From contig JBDKID010000003.1 in the NCBI GenBank assembly GCA_039797295.1, forward strand, positions 27,502 through 91,501: a DNA stretch of 64,000 nt, written 5' to 3'. This stretch comes from Pseudomonadota bacterium (GTDB taxonomy: Bacteria; Pseudomonadota; Gammaproteobacteria; Thiotrichales; Thiotrichaceae). Of this stretch, positions 25,718 through 36,269 are shown one piece after another. The notes beneath the pieces were generated by a model, which did not search any database, had not been told where the DNA came from, and saw only the letters and a program-made list of their open reading frames with translations. The position numbers and the translations under genes are program-made. The first letter of the stretch is position 1; each line of letters opens with the position of its first letter.

Positions 25718-28420
25718 ATGTTGGGTTCCGTAGCCAGAAAGATTTTCGGCAGCCGTAATGATCGTCTGGTCAAGTCTTACTCTAAGGTTGTCAAAAGAAT
25801 CAATGCTTTGGAAGAAAAGTGTCAGGCTTTGTCGGATACCCAGCTTACCGCAAAGACGGGCGAGTTTCGTGAGCGTTTAGCCAAAGGTGAAACCACTGAA
25901 GCCCTGTTACCCGAAGCCTTTGCTGTGGTGCGTGAGGCTGCGCGTCGCGTTTTGGGTTTGCGCCATTACGATGTGCAGATGATCGGCGGTATGGTGCTGA
26001 ATGATGGCAAGATTGCAGAAATGCGTACCGGTGAAGGTAAAACCTTGGTCGCTACGGCCTCCGCTTATCTGAATGCTTTACCCGGACATGGCGTGCACGT
26101 CATTACGGTGAACGATTACTTAGCACAACGTGATGCCAATATGATGGCGCGGGTGTACGGTTTCTTGGGGTTAAGCACGGGTGTCATCATCAATAGCTTA
26201 AACCAAGACCAACGTCGTGCCGCTTATGCTTCGGACATTACCTACGGTACTAATAACGAATTTGGCTTCGATTACTTGCGCGATAACATGGCGTTTCGTA
26301 GAGAAGATCGTGTGCAACGTCCGTTAAATTACGCGATTGTCGATGAGGTGGACTCCATCCTGATTGACGAAGCGCGGACTCCGCTGATTATTTCTGGCCC
26401 TAGCCATGATGCTTCTCAGTTGTATGTCGCCATTGACCAATTAATTCCGCATCTAGTACGTCAGCAAGAAGAAGAAAGTTCTGGCGATTATTTAGTGGAT
26501 GAAAAAGCACGTCAGGTCTATTTATCGGAGGCAGGCCAAGTCCGTGCCGAAGAATTATTGTGGGCAGCGGGTACATTGCCACAAGGGCAAGGTTTGTACG
26601 ACACCGTGAGCATTAGTATTCTGCACCATTTGAATGCTGCATTGCGGGCGCACGTATTGTTCCAACGCAATGTGGATTACATTGTGCGCGATGGCAAAAT
26701 CGTCATTGTCGACGAATTCACAGGGCGTACCATGCCGGGTCGTCGTTGGTCAGAAGGTTTACACCAAGCGATTGAAGCCAAAGAACAAGTCGAAATTCAG
26801 GCTGAAAACCAAACGCTGGCTTCCATTACCTTCCAAAATTACTTCCGTTTGTATAACAAACTGTCAGGTATGACGGGTACAGCGGATACCGAAGCCTTTG
26901 AATTACAACAAATCTACGGTTTGGAAGTGGTGGTGATTCCAACGCATCGCCCGATGGTGCGTAAAGATGCGAATGATTTGGTGTATTTGACTGCTGAAGA
27001 AAAATACGAAGCGATTATTAGCGAAATCCAAAGCGAAGTGAGCAAAGGCCGCCCGATTTTGGTGGGTACAGCATCGATTGAAACGTCGGAATTGGTATCA
27101 GAAAAACTCAAAGCCTTGCGCATTCCGCACGAAGTTTTGAATGCGAAACAGCATGAGCGTGAAGCACACATTATCGCTAATGCGGGTCGTCCGGGTGCTG
27201 TCACCATCGCGACTAACATGGCAGGGCGTGGTACGGACATTATGCTCGGCGGCTCATTAGAAGAAGAAGTGCGCCAACTCGGTGAGAATGAAACACCTGA
27301 AGCCGTCGAAAAAATCAAAGCCCTGTGGCAAAAACGCCATGATGCGGTGGTAGCCTCTGGTGGTTTGCATATTTTGGGTACAGAGCGTCACGAATCACGC
27401 CGTATCGATAACCAGTTGCGTGGTCGTGCAGGTCGTCAAGGCGACCCCGGTTCTTCACGGTTCTTCCTGTCATTGGAAGATAACTTGATGCGTATTTTCG
27501 CTTCTGATCGTGTTAAAAGCATGATGCAACGCTTGGGTATGGAACGTGGTCAAGCGATTGAAGCGGGTTTGGTTTCCAAATCCATTGAGAATGCACAGCG
27601 TAAGGTGGAAGCGCACAACTACGACATTCGTAAGCATTTGCTGGAATACGATGACGTTGCCAATGATCAGCGTAAAGTGATTTATTCACAACGTAATGAA
27701 TTGTTGGAAGCGGATGACATTAAAGACATGATTGATTCCATCCGTGAAGATGTGGTGGATAGCATGATCAGTGCGCACGTACCACCGGGTAGCGTGGATG
27801 AGCAGTGGAATATTGATGGGTTGTACAAACAGCTTTACACCGATTTTGGCTTGGATTTACCACTCAAAGATTGGTTAAAAGAGAAAAACTTCTACGAAGA
27901 AACCTTGCGTGAGCGGGTTCAAGCCCAAGTGGCAGCCGTGCTGACGCAAAAAGAAGAGTTGATTAGTGCGCCGAATATGCGTCGTTTAGAACGCGATGTC
28001 ATGCTGCATGTTTTGGATACGGAGTGGAAAGATCACCTCGCAGCGATGGATTACTTGCGTCAAAGCGTGGGTTTGCGTGGTTATGCGCAGAAAAATCCGA
28101 AGCAAGAATACAAGCGTGAAGCGTTTGAGATGTTCGAGCAATTGTTAGAACGCATTAAACACGATGTGATTGCATTCTTAATGCGTATTCAATTGGCTGA
28201 ACCCCAGCAAGCAATGGCAGAATTGGAAGAGCACCCCGCTCAGCCAATGGAATTCTCACACCCTGATGCTGGTAGCGCATTTGTCGAGGAAGAAGCGGAG
28301 GCTGAAACGGCGGATGCCAGTGACACTTATCAGCGTGAAGCGGATAAAGTGGGGCGTAATGACCCATGCCCATGCGGTTCTGGCAAAAAATACAAGCATT
28401 GCCACGGCAAGCTCAGCTAA
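25718..28420 (+). CDS. secA: Preprotein translocase ATPase SecA
   Basis: [56 protein letters not shown]. Confidence 0.99.
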   Translation: MLGSVARKIFGSRNDRLVKSYSKVVKRINALEEKCQALSDTQLTAKTGEFRERLAKGETTEALLPEAFAVVREAARRVLGLRHYDVQMIGGMVLNDGKIAEMRTGEGKTLVATASAYLNALPGHGVHVITVNDYLAQRDANMMARVYGFLGLSTGVIINSLNQDQRRAAYASDITYGTNNEFGFDYLRDNMAFRREDRVQRPLNYAIVDEVDSILIDEARTPLIISGPSHDASQLYVAIDQLIPHLVRQQEEESSGDYLVDEKARQVYLSEAGQVRAEELLWAAGTLPQGQGLYDTVSISILHHLNAALRAHVLFQRNVDYIVRDGKIVIVDEFTGRTMPGRRWSEGLHQAIEAKEQVEIQAENQTLASITFQNYFRLYNKLSGMTGTADTEAFELQQIYGLEVVVIPTHRPMVRKDANDLVYLTAEEKYEAIISEIQSEVSKGRPILVGTASIETSELVSEKLKALRIPHEVLNAKQHEREAHIIANAGRPGAVTIATNMAGRGTDIMLGGSLEEEVRQLGENETPEAVEKIKALWQKRHDAVVASGGLHILGTERHESRRIDNQLRGRAGRQGDPGSSRFFLSLEDNLMRIFASDRVKSMMQRLGMERGQAIEAGLVSKSIENAQRKVEAHNYDIRKHLLEYDDVANDQRKVIYSQRNELLEADDIKDMIDSIREDVVDSMISAHVPPGSVDEQWNIDGLYKQLYTDFGLDLPLKDWLKEKNFYEETLRERVQAQVAAVLTQKEELISAPNMRRLERDVMLHVLDTEWKDHLAAMDYLRQSVGLRGYAQKNPKQEYKREAFEMFEQLLERIKHDVIAFLMRIQLAEPQQAMAELEEHPAQPMEFSHPDAGSAFVEEEAEAETADASDTYQREADKVGRNDPCPCGSGKKYKHCHGKLS

Positions 28421-28469
28421 TTTTTGGTAATTATTGGTTAAGTAAACGCGCTCAGTAGGAGTAGGTAAC

Positions 28470-29678
28470 ATGGCAGTCAACTTACAAGCACCCGAAGTTT
28501 TATTACCGGTGGCGGGCGTGCGCTTAGCATCCGTGAATGCAGGTATCCGTTACAAAAATCGTCATGATTTATTATTGATTGAGCTAGAAAATGGCAGTCA
28601 CACCGCTGCGGTTTTTACCCGCAATGCGTTTTGCGCCGCGCCAGTACACATTTGTCGCCACCATTTGCAGCATTCTAGCCCGCGTTATTTGCTGGTGAAT
28701 GCTGGGAATGCAAACGCTGGAACGGGTGAACAAGGGATGCGTACTGCGCGTGAAAGTTGTGAGCAAGTGGCAGAACAGGCGTCTTGTTGGGCAGAAGAAG
28801 TGCTGCCGTTTTCCACGGGCGTGATTGGGATGCAGTTACCCGTGGAAAAAATCACGGCTGCTTTGCCAGAAGCGTTTGCCAAATTGAGCACGGACGGTTG
28901 GTTAGAAGCTTCACGCACCATTATGACCACGGATACAGTGGCAAAAGCCATTAGTAAACAGGTCGAAATCTTTGGCGAGACCATCACCATTACGGGTATT
29001 GCCAAAGGTGCGGGTATGATTCACCCCAATATGGCGACCATGTTGGCGTATGTGGCAACCGATGCCCTGATTGAAAAAGACAAACTGCAAGATGTGCTTA
29101 AGGCGGTGACAGAGGAAACGTTTAACTGCATTACCGTCGACGGCGATACCTCAACCAACGATTCACTCGTGGTGGTGGCAACGGGTAGTTCGGGGATTTA
29201 TGTTGGTGGTGACGCGCTGCCTTTGTTCCAAGCCGCTTTGCAAGAAATCTGCATGTACCTTGCGCAAGCCATTGTGCGTGACGGTGAAGGTGCGACGAAG
29301 TTCATCAGCATTGAGGTGCAAGGTGCAACGACCCGCGCGGAAGCCCGGATTGTTGGTAATACCGTGGCTTTATCGCCGTTGGTGAAGACCGCATTATTTG
29401 CGAGTGACCCGAATTGGGGACGTATTTTGGCAGCCGTGGGGCGTAGTTCCATTGACCATTTAGATGTCGGTCGTGTCACCATTTGGTTGGGCGAAACCTT
29501 GCTGATTGAAGACGGTGAACCTGCGCCCACTTATCACGAAGCATTGGGTGCAGCGGAAATGAAACAGGAAGAAATCCTGATTCGTATTGACTTAGGGCGC
29601 GGTGACGCCAATGCGACGACTTGGACATGCGATTTCTCTTACGACTATGTGAAAATCAATGCCGAATACCGTAGCTAA
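28470..29678 (+). CDS. argJ: Bifunctional ornithine acetyltransferase ArgJ
   Basis: IMTTDT, KGAGMIHPNMATML, DGDTSTND, RDGEGATK, DPNWGR. Confidence 0.97.
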   Translation: MAVNLQAPEVLLPVAGVRLASVNAGIRYKNRHDLLLIELENGSHTAAVFTRNAFCAAPVHICRHHLQHSSPRYLLVNAGNANAGTGEQGMRTARESCEQVAEQASCWAEEVLPFSTGVIGMQLPVEKITAALPEAFAKLSTDGWLEASRTIMTTDTVAKAISKQVEIFGETITITGIAKGAGMIHPNMATMLAYVATDALIEKDKLQDVLKAVTEETFNCITVDGDTSTNDSLVVVATGSSGIYVGGDALPLFQAALQEICMYLAQAIVRDGEGATKFISIEVQGATTRAEARIVGNTVALSPLVKTALFASDPNWGRILAAVGRSSIDHLDVGRVTIWLGETLLIEDGEPAPTYHEALGAAEMKQEEILIRIDLGRGDANATTWTCDFSYDYVKINAEYRS

Positions 29679-30627
29679 CGCGCCGCAAGCTTTGCATGTC
29701 GTGGCGGCGGTGATTCGTGGTCACGGTGAGCAACAAGGCAAAGTGTTCCTTGCCAAGCGGCCTGCGCACATTTCACAAGGTGGGAAGTGGGAGTTTCCCG
29801 GCGGTAAAGTTGAAGCTGGGGAAACCCGTGAAGCTGCCTTAGCGCGTGAGTTGCAGGAGGAAATCGGCATTACGGTTCTGACAGCGCGTCCATTAATTGA
29901 AGTGTGTCATCGTTATGTCGAGCGTCTCGTACACTTGGATGTGTGGGAAGTAACGCATTTCAGTGGCGAACCACATGGCAAAGAAGGGCAAGAAACCGCG
30001 TGGTTTGATGAAACTGCAATGGCTCATTTAACATTCCCAGCCGCAAACTTGCCGATTATCATGGCAGCACAATTGCCTGATACCTGTTTAATTACCCCTG
30101 AACCACAAGACACAACAGCGTTTTTGCAGCAATTAGCGCGTGTACTGCAAACCGGCGTGCGGTTGGTGCAATTCCGTGCGAAATCCTTAACTGCCGAAGC
30201 TTATACCACATTGGCACGGCAAGTGATTAGTTTAGCGCATGAAGCAGGTGCGAAAGTTTTGTTGAATGCACCGCCAGTATGGTTGGCAGAAGCTGATGGC
30301 TTGCATCTGACCAGTGCGCAATTAATGGCATTCAGTGCTCGCGCTGATGAACTTGCTGAAAAGTGGTTGTCTGCTGCTTGCCACAGTGCGCAGGAATTAC
30401 AGCAAGCGAGTGCTGTTGGTGTCGATTTTGCGTTTTTATCGCCTGTGCTACCCACGCTGTCACATCCTGATGCCTCAACATTAGGTTGGGACAATTTTGC
30501 GGAGATGGTTGCCTCGGTGAATTTGCCTGTGTTTGCGCTAGGTGGGTTAAGCCCCTCCACCATTGAGATTGCGCGTGCTCACGGTGGACAAGGTATTGCC
30601 GCAATACATGGCTTGTGGAGCAATTAA
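29659..30627 (+). CDS. mutT: Nudix (MutT) hydrolase fused to thiamine-phosphate-synthase-like domain
   Basis: Nudix box GGKVEAGETREAALARELQEEIG; TIM-barrel tail (ACHS, SPVLPTLSHP, ALGG). Confidence 0.9.
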   Translation: MPNTVANAPQALHVVAAVIRGHGEQQGKVFLAKRPAHISQGGKWEFPGGKVEAGETREAALARELQEEIGITVLTARPLIEVCHRYVERLVHLDVWEVTHFSGEPHGKEGQETAWFDETAMAHLTFPAANLPIIMAAQLPDTCLITPEPQDTTAFLQQLARVLQTGVRLVQFRAKSLTAEAYTTLARQVISLAHEAGAKVLLNAPPVWLAEADGLHLTSAQLMAFSARADELAEKWLSAACHSAQELQQASAVGVDFAFLSPVLPTLSHPDASTLGWDNFAEMVASVNLPVFALGGLSPSTIEIARAHGGQGIAAIHGLWSN

Positions 30628-30827
30628 GCATTCAAGTCGGGAATCAGTTGGCTGCGTAAGCGGGCAATCATGTCTTTGATCAATAATTTGCGCTTCTTCA
30701 TGCGCGAAACCATGAATTCATCACAATGATTTTGGGTGTGTAAGGCATCAATCTGCTTATCCAAGTCGCGGTGTTCTTGGATAAGCAGAGCAAGTTTCTG
30801 GTGTAGAGCTTCCGTGTCAGTTGTCAT
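30624..30827 (-). CDS. YdcH/DUF465 family protein
   Basis: EHRDLD...RMKKRKLLIKDMI pattern, 67 aa. Confidence 0.85.
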   Translation of the reverse strand: MTTDTEALHQKLALLIQEHRDLDKQIDALHTQNHCDEFMVSRMKKRKLLIKDMIARLRSQLIPDLNA

Positions 30828-30833
30828 GCGTTA

Positions 30834-32474
30834 CTATTTGGTTAGAATACGACGCTTTTCTTTGTACCGGATCACAACCTTTTTGTCACCTTGTGGTTTC
30901 TCAGCGGGTGTTGCGGACTGATAATCCTGTTTCTTTTCCCAGCCACCAATTTCATAAGAGCCACCGCCATCACGCCGCGTATTCGGGTTGGCAGGAGCAT
31001 AACCCCCACTGCTGCCATTACCATATTTGCGTTGTGCGCCACCGTTTAAGCGTCCGTAAGGGCCTTTGCGTTGGCGATCAGCATTGTTTTTATCGTCTTG
31101 CCAGTTAGCATCGCCGCTACGGTTCGGATTTTGATTGCCCGGTGTTGCGTTATGGATACTGTTATGACCAGGGTTATTACTCGGTTGCGTACGTGGTGGA
31201 CGATTTTGTGTGGCGTTGTAGCCACCTTGACCACCATGATTTCGCCCCCCATTGTTGGGGCGTTCGCTACGGTCGCGGTCTTTGCCGCCGCCTTTACGTG
31301 TTCCACCGCCATTGCTATTGGCACGTGGGGAGCGCACGGCTGGGGTAAACCCGGAGGTGTGATGCAGTGGGGCTAAGCCCGGTAACGTGCATTGTTCGAT
31401 GGAATCGCCAAGGAAATCTTCAACTTTCTTGAGATTTTCGCGTTCACGTGGCAGAACAATCGCGATAACGGCTTCTTCGCGCGTTTCGGTTGGAATGCCT
31501 TGTAAACGGGTTTCGTAATCTTCAACTTTGGCTGGAAGCTCAAAGTTAATGATGTGTTCTTCGCCACCAAAATACGGGTTTATACCGTCTTGATCCGCAT
31601 AAATTAAGATGGAACAAGTATCATAATTGCGTTCGGATTCATCTAACTCACTTGCTAGTTCAGCAATGTGTCCGTGATTCGCAAGACTTTCGGCAAGGGC
31701 TTTGGCGGTTTTGTTACTAACAGTGAAAATGCACGTCGGTTCACCAGAAAACTCATCTAACAGGTGATCCATGAGTGCGATTTTGTGTGTGTAGTCATCC
31801 GCTAAATGCACAACCTGTGGGATTTGCAGCAATGGATTACGATCATCTTCGATTTCGAGTTCTTCAGCACCGGCGAAAATAGCACGGGCGTAAGCCGCGA
31901 TGTCATCTTCTTGACGCACAAACGTGACTACTGGGCAAGCGGTGGAACGTTCGGCGAGAATTTTATTCACCAGTCCGTGCAAACCCTTGTGATAAATGGC
32001 ACTGAGGTCGTCAATAATCAGCATTTCCAATTTGGAAAAATCGGCTTTATTGTTATCGACTAAATCGTTTAAACGCCCCGGTGTGGCAATCATTAAATCC
32101 AATGGACGGCGTAACAGGCGCATTTGCGGCTGATAAGGACGACCACTCACAATAAAACCGGAACGGATTTGTTGTTCATCGCCAAGTAAGCGTTTAATAG
32201 TGTAGTTAATCTGATTAACGCGATCACGGCGCGAAGTCAGGATTAAGATACGCGCATGGCGGTGTTCTTCAAGCGGATTACTCAGGATATAGTTAATCGC
32301 AGGTATCAGAAATGCACCTGTTTTACCGGACGCGGATTGAGTCCAAACAATTACGCTTTTGTTGTGCGTCATTAATGGAATCAACTGCTTTTGCAGTTCG
32401 GTTGGATTTTCATACCCTGCGGCCTGAATTTTTGCCGCGAATTCTGGATTTAAGCCTAATTCTGAGAAAGACAA
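30834..32474 (-). CDS. DEAD-box-like protein with degenerate catalytic motifs and long disordered tail
   Basis: FSELGL, Q motif, SGKT and ATPGRL retained; DEAD reads DDLS; motifs III, V and VI not recognisable; N/G/R-rich C-terminus. Confidence 0.85.
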   Translation of the reverse strand: MSFSELGLNPEFAAKIQAAGYENPTELQKQLIPLMTHNKSVIVWTQSASGKTGAFLIPAINYILSNPLEEHRHARILILTSRRDRVNQINYTIKRLLGDEQQIRSGFIVSGRPYQPQMRLLRRPLDLMIATPGRLNDLVDNNKADFSKLEMLIIDDLSAIYHKGLHGLVNKILAERSTACPVVTFVRQEDDIAAYARAIFAGAEELEIEDDRNPLLQIPQVVHLADDYTHKIALMDHLLDEFSGEPTCIFTVSNKTAKALAESLANHGHIAELASELDESERNYDTCSILIYADQDGINPYFGGEEHIINFELPAKVEDYETRLQGIPTETREEAVIAIVLPRERENLKKVEDFLGDSIEQCTLPGLAPLHHTSGFTPAVRSPRANSNGGGTRKGGGKDRDRSERPNNGGRNHGGQGGYNATQNRPPRTQPSNNPGHNSIHNATPGNQNPNRSGDANWQDDKNNADRQRKGPYGRLNGGAQRKYGNGSSGGYAPANPNTRRDGGGSYEIGGWEKKQDYQSATPAEKPQGDKKVVIRYKEKRRILTK

Positions 32475-32669
32475 GACACATACTCCCCGTCGTATATTGG
32501 GTGAGAGTCATTAAAAAAAATGTCGAACTGGAGAGGGGATGCCAGCAATAACGAACCCTCGACGCTGCCCGGAAACCGTATTTATAACGTAAATTGCGTC
32601 TCGAACTAGTCGATAAAATTATTATATCCGTTGTACGGAGTCAACAATTATACGTCAAATGTGGTTATT

Positions 32670-34031
32670 TTACATCATCATTTCAATCGCCTTTTCCAAT
32701 CGTGCAACGGCAACCACTTTCATCCCCTCTATCGGATGGCGCGGTTTGTTACCTTTTGGAACAATGGCCTGCTTGAAACCATGCTTTGCTGCCTCACGTA
32801 ATCGTTCCTCACCGTTTGGGACAGGGCGAATCTCGCCTGCCAGCCCAACCTCCCCAAAAACCACCAAGTCGGCAGGTAAAGGACGATTCCGAAAACTAGA
32901 GAGTGCTGCAAGTAGCAATGGTAAATCAGCAGCGGTTTCTGAAATCTTAACACCACCCACAACATTTATGAATACGTCCTGATCAAACATCGACACCCCA
33001 CCATGACGATGCAGAACGGCTAATAACATAGCTAAGCGGTTTTGTTCAAGCCCTAATGTAACACGACGGGGTGCTGAGCCGTGACTGTTATCGACGAGAG
33101 CTTGCACTTCGACCATTAAGGGACGTGTACCTTCGCGCGTCACCATAATGACACTGCCAGAAACGGGTTCTTCGTGACGGGAGAGGAAAATGGCTGAAGG
33201 ATTACTCACGCCTTTGAGTCCCTGCTCGGTCATCGCGAACACACCGAGTTCATTGACCGCCCCGAAACGATTCTTTACCGCCCGCAAAATGCGATAGCGT
33301 CCGCCGGGGTCGCCTTCAAAGTACAATACTGTGTCGACCATGTGTTCCAACACGCGCGGCCCCGCCAACGTGCCTTCCTTGGTAACGTGCCCAACGATGA
33401 ATAACGCGGTTTGGGTTTGCTTGGCAAAACGCACCAACTTTGCGGCTGATTCACGAATTTGGCTAACAGAGCCGGGGGCAGATTGCAGTTGTTCGGTAAA
33501 AATGGTTTGAATCGAGTCGATGACCATCAAGCTAGGGTTTTCTTGTGCCGCCAGCGTGATGATGTTTTCTACACACGTTTCGGTGAGTAAACGCAAATGC
33601 TGCGTGGGTAAACCCAAGCGTTTGGCGCGTAAGCCGACTTGTTGCAGTGACTCTTCCCCTGTGACGTACAAACTTTTCAGGCTTTCCAGTTCGGTCAAGG
33701 TTTGCAACAGAATCGTCGACTTACCAATGCCGGGGTCGCCGCCAATTAACACCACTGAACCGTTAACCAAACCACCACCGAGTACGCGATCCAATTCTGC
33801 TTGTTGCGTGAGAATGCGTGGGTTGTCACTGAGGCTGACTTCGTGTAGGGAACGAATCGCAACTTGTTCCCCAGCGTAGCCGCCGCTCCGTGGAGCGGAT
33901 GCTTTGCTGGTGGGTAAGCTAATGCTTTCTTCGAGGGTATTCCATGCCCCGCAATCACCGCATTGTCCGCCCCATTTGCTGTGTACGCTGCCACATGCGG
34001 TGCAATAGTATTGCAGTTTGGCTTTACTCAT
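32670..34031 (-). CDS. radA: DNA repair protein RadA/Sms
   Basis: CTACG...CGDCGAW zinc finger, GGDPGIGKST, KNRFG, GEVGLAGE. Confidence 0.98.
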   Translation of the reverse strand: MSKAKLQYYCTACGSVHSKWGGQCGDCGAWNTLEESISLPTSKASAPRSGGYAGEQVAIRSLHEVSLSDNPRILTQQAELDRVLGGGLVNGSVVLIGGDPGIGKSTILLQTLTELESLKSLYVTGEESLQQVGLRAKRLGLPTQHLRLLTETCVENIITLAAQENPSLMVIDSIQTIFTEQLQSAPGSVSQIRESAAKLVRFAKQTQTALFIVGHVTKEGTLAGPRVLEHMVDTVLYFEGDPGGRYRILRAVKNRFGAVNELGVFAMTEQGLKGVSNPSAIFLSRHEEPVSGSVIMVTREGTRPLMVEVQALVDNSHGSAPRRVTLGLEQNRLAMLLAVLHRHGGVSMFDQDVFINVVGGVKISETAADLPLLLAALSSFRNRPLPADLVVFGEVGLAGEIRPVPNGEERLREAAKHGFKQAIVPKGNKPRHPIEGMKVVAVARLEKAIEMMM

Positions 34032-35322
34032 CAGTCTCCGCGCGTTGGCGTTGAATACGTGGATGGATAATCAAGGTTTTCACCGCATTATTGCGGGTTT
34101 TACGGATTTCCATTGGGTAGTTATCCATCAATACTGTCATGCCGGGAACGGGCATGGATTCTAAGTATTCTAAGATTAAACCATTGATGGTATTGGCTTC
34201 TTCGGATGCAAAGTTACTGCCCATTTCGCGGTTGACTTCGCGAATCGGCACAGCACCGTCGACCCAATAACTACCATCGTCTAATTTTTTGATTTCGCGG
34301 GTTTGCTGGGTCGGAACGGTGGAAAACTCACCGACGATTTCTTCCAGAATGTCTTCGAGGGTGATTAAGCCGAGGATTTCACCATACTCATCCACAACCA
34401 AGGCAACGCGGCGCATTTCTTCTTGGAAGTTCAGCAATTGTTGTGTCAGTGTCGTGGTTTCAGGGGTGAAATAGGCTGGCCGCACACTGGCTTCAAAGCG
34501 TTCACGATCCAAGTGCCCATCGCGGAATAAAGGCAATAGTTTGCGTAAATGCACGAAGCCCAGCACGTTATCAATGTTATCGCGGTAGACCAAAAGACGA
34601 GTGAAGTTGCTGTTGACGATTTGTGTTTCTAACTCGTTCCAGTCGTCATTTAAATCTAAACCAATCACTTGGTTACGCGGAATCATGATGTCGCTAACGG
34701 TGCTGGTTTCTAAGTCCATCACTCGTAGCAGCATATCGAGGTGATTTTGTGGAATGTGCGTGCTGGCTGTACTCACCACGGTGCGCAATTCATCATGACT
34801 CAGTGCAATGCGGCTGGATTCACCGTGATGGTGAGCAGGGGCACGTAATAGGAAGAGAAAGAATTTCACTAACGTATTCAGTAGCCACACCAGAGGCCAT
34901 AAGACTTTCAGCAAGATATTAAAAATCGGTGCAGCAAAGAATGAGATGGGTTCGGGGTGTGTTGCGCCTAGGGTTTTCGGTAGAATCTCACCAAAAATCA
35001 ATAGGACTAATGTTAATACACCAGTGGCAATGGCAATGCCAGCTTGCCCAGCAAGACGGTAGCCCAATATGGCGGCAATTTCAGTAATGAGAATAATAAC
35101 GAGATTATTACCAATGAGAATAATCGTAATGAGGCGATCAGGATTATGCAGTAGTTTTTGTGCTAGTTTGGCACTGGCATGACCTTTGTCGGCACGATGC
35201 CGTAATTTATAGCGATTCAGAGCCATTAAGGCGGTTTCAGAACCAGAAAAAAATGCTGATAAAATAATTAACACCAGCAAAACACTCAGCATAATGCTGA
35301 CGGGTATCGACTCAATACTCAC
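34024..35322 (-). CDS. CNNM/CBS/CorC-domain membrane protein (HlyC/CorC family)
   Basis: SAFFSGSETA, FGEILPK, VSDIMIPR, VVDEYG...LEDILEEIVGE. Confidence 0.93.
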   Translation of the reverse strand: MSIESIPVSIMLSVLLVLIILSAFFSGSETALMALNRYKLRHRADKGHASAKLAQKLLHNPDRLITIILIGNNLVIILITEIAAILGYRLAGQAGIAIATGVLTLVLLIFGEILPKTLGATHPEPISFFAAPIFNILLKVLWPLVWLLNTLVKFFLFLLRAPAHHHGESSRIALSHDELRTVVSTASTHIPQNHLDMLLRVMDLETSTVSDIMIPRNQVIGLDLNDDWNELETQIVNSNFTRLLVYRDNIDNVLGFVHLRKLLPLFRDGHLDRERFEASVRPAYFTPETTTLTQQLLNFQEEMRRVALVVDEYGEILGLITLEDILEEIVGEFSTVPTQQTREIKKLDDGSYWVDGAVPIREVNREMGSNFASEEANTINGLILEYLESMPVPGMTVLMDNYPMEIRKTRNNAVKTLIIHPRIQRQRAETDE

Positions 35323-36206
35323 GGTGATTTCACCAAAAATTCTAAAACAAATTTACTACCAAAAAAGGCTAACATGAGCAGAAAAAAGCCACTCAATGTC
35401 CAACGTATGGCGATGCGTCCACGCCAGCCATATTGCCAATGTCCGAATAACAATGCACTAAATACACACCAAGCAATAATGGAAAGCACTGTTTTGTGGA
35501 CTAAATGCTGACTGAAAAGGTTATCCACGTACAGTGCGCCGCTGACCAAACCACCCGATAATAAGATAATGCCGAGTAACAGCAGCTTAAATAATAGGGC
35601 TTCCATGTCTTGCAAGGGGGGAAGGGTACGGATTAAACCGCCCGGATGGTGGTTATGCAAGTGTTTATTTTGTAAGGCTAAGAGTAAGGCTTGCAAGGCG
35701 GCTAACGTCAGTATGCTGTAGGCTAATAACGAGGTAAAGATATGAATCCCTAATCCGGTATTGAGGTTTAACAATGCGCCGTGTTTGGCTTCTAATAAAG
35801 GTAACAGCATTGCGCCGAGGGTAAACGGTACGACAAATATCCCTAGCGTTTCGAGTGGGCGGTGCAACATCGTCGCAAATAATAGCCCATTACACAGCCA
35901 CATGACGATGGAGCTTGCCGCCGCAAAGTTGATCACAATGTCGGGTGTTTGTAGGATGGCGACGAGAATCGTTCCGCCGTGCAGTAGGAGCGCGATAAGC
36001 CAAACCACTACCATCCCATGCCTGTACGGTGGGGTGTTGCCTTGGAGGCGATCACGCAAGCGCGTGCCGATGAGCAGCCATGTTGCCAGCCATGCGATTG
36101 CTGCAAACAGGTTGAGCATTATTGTCATTGTCAAACAGATTCTGTACGTCGGTTTTAAAGTCAGTTTTAAAAGTTTGGATGGGCGTGCCTTGTTCGTGGA
36201 ACGCAT
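35319..36206 (-). CDS. Cytochrome c assembly (CcsA/YpjD-like) inner membrane protein
   Basis: HIFTSLLAYS, LPPLQDME, HKTVLS, GWRGR; real start probably near 36128. Confidence 0.88.
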   Translation of the reverse strand: MRSTNKARPSKLLKLTLKPTYRICLTMTIMLNLFAAIAWLATWLLIGTRLRDRLQGNTPPYRHGMVVVWLIALLLHGGTILVAILQTPDIVINFAAASSIVMWLCNGLLFATMLHRPLETLGIFVVPFTLGAMLLPLLEAKHGALLNLNTGLGIHIFTSLLAYSILTLAALQALLLALQNKHLHNHHPGGLIRTLPPLQDMEALLFKLLLLGIILLSGGLVSGALYVDNLFSQHLVHKTVLSIIAWCVFSALLFGHWQYGWRGRIAIRWTLSGFFLLMLAFFGSKFVLEFLVKSP

Positions 36207-36221
36207 TCGTTTTTACTTTAA

Positions 36222-36234
36222 TGCTATGATAGCA
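36222..36234. promoter_or_regulatory. Palindromic bidirectional extended -10 between ccsA-like gene and ffh
   Basis: TGCTAT-G-ATAGCA reads TGC-TATGAT on + and TGC-TATCAT on -. Confidence 0.5.
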
Positions 36235-36269
36235 ACTTGTGCCGCAACGGGACTAGAAAGAAGTCAAAC

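Noticed and set aside
29659-30627. MutT-ThiE-like fusion as a novelty
   Set aside because: Known architecture after secA/argJ in several proteobacteria.
32621-32644. TTGACT...TATAAT with TCCGT-ACA-ACGGA palindrome as a special operator
   Set aside because: The spacing to TATAAT is only 12 bp; an ordinary 17-bp reading (TAATTT) suffices and the palindrome is short enough to be chance.
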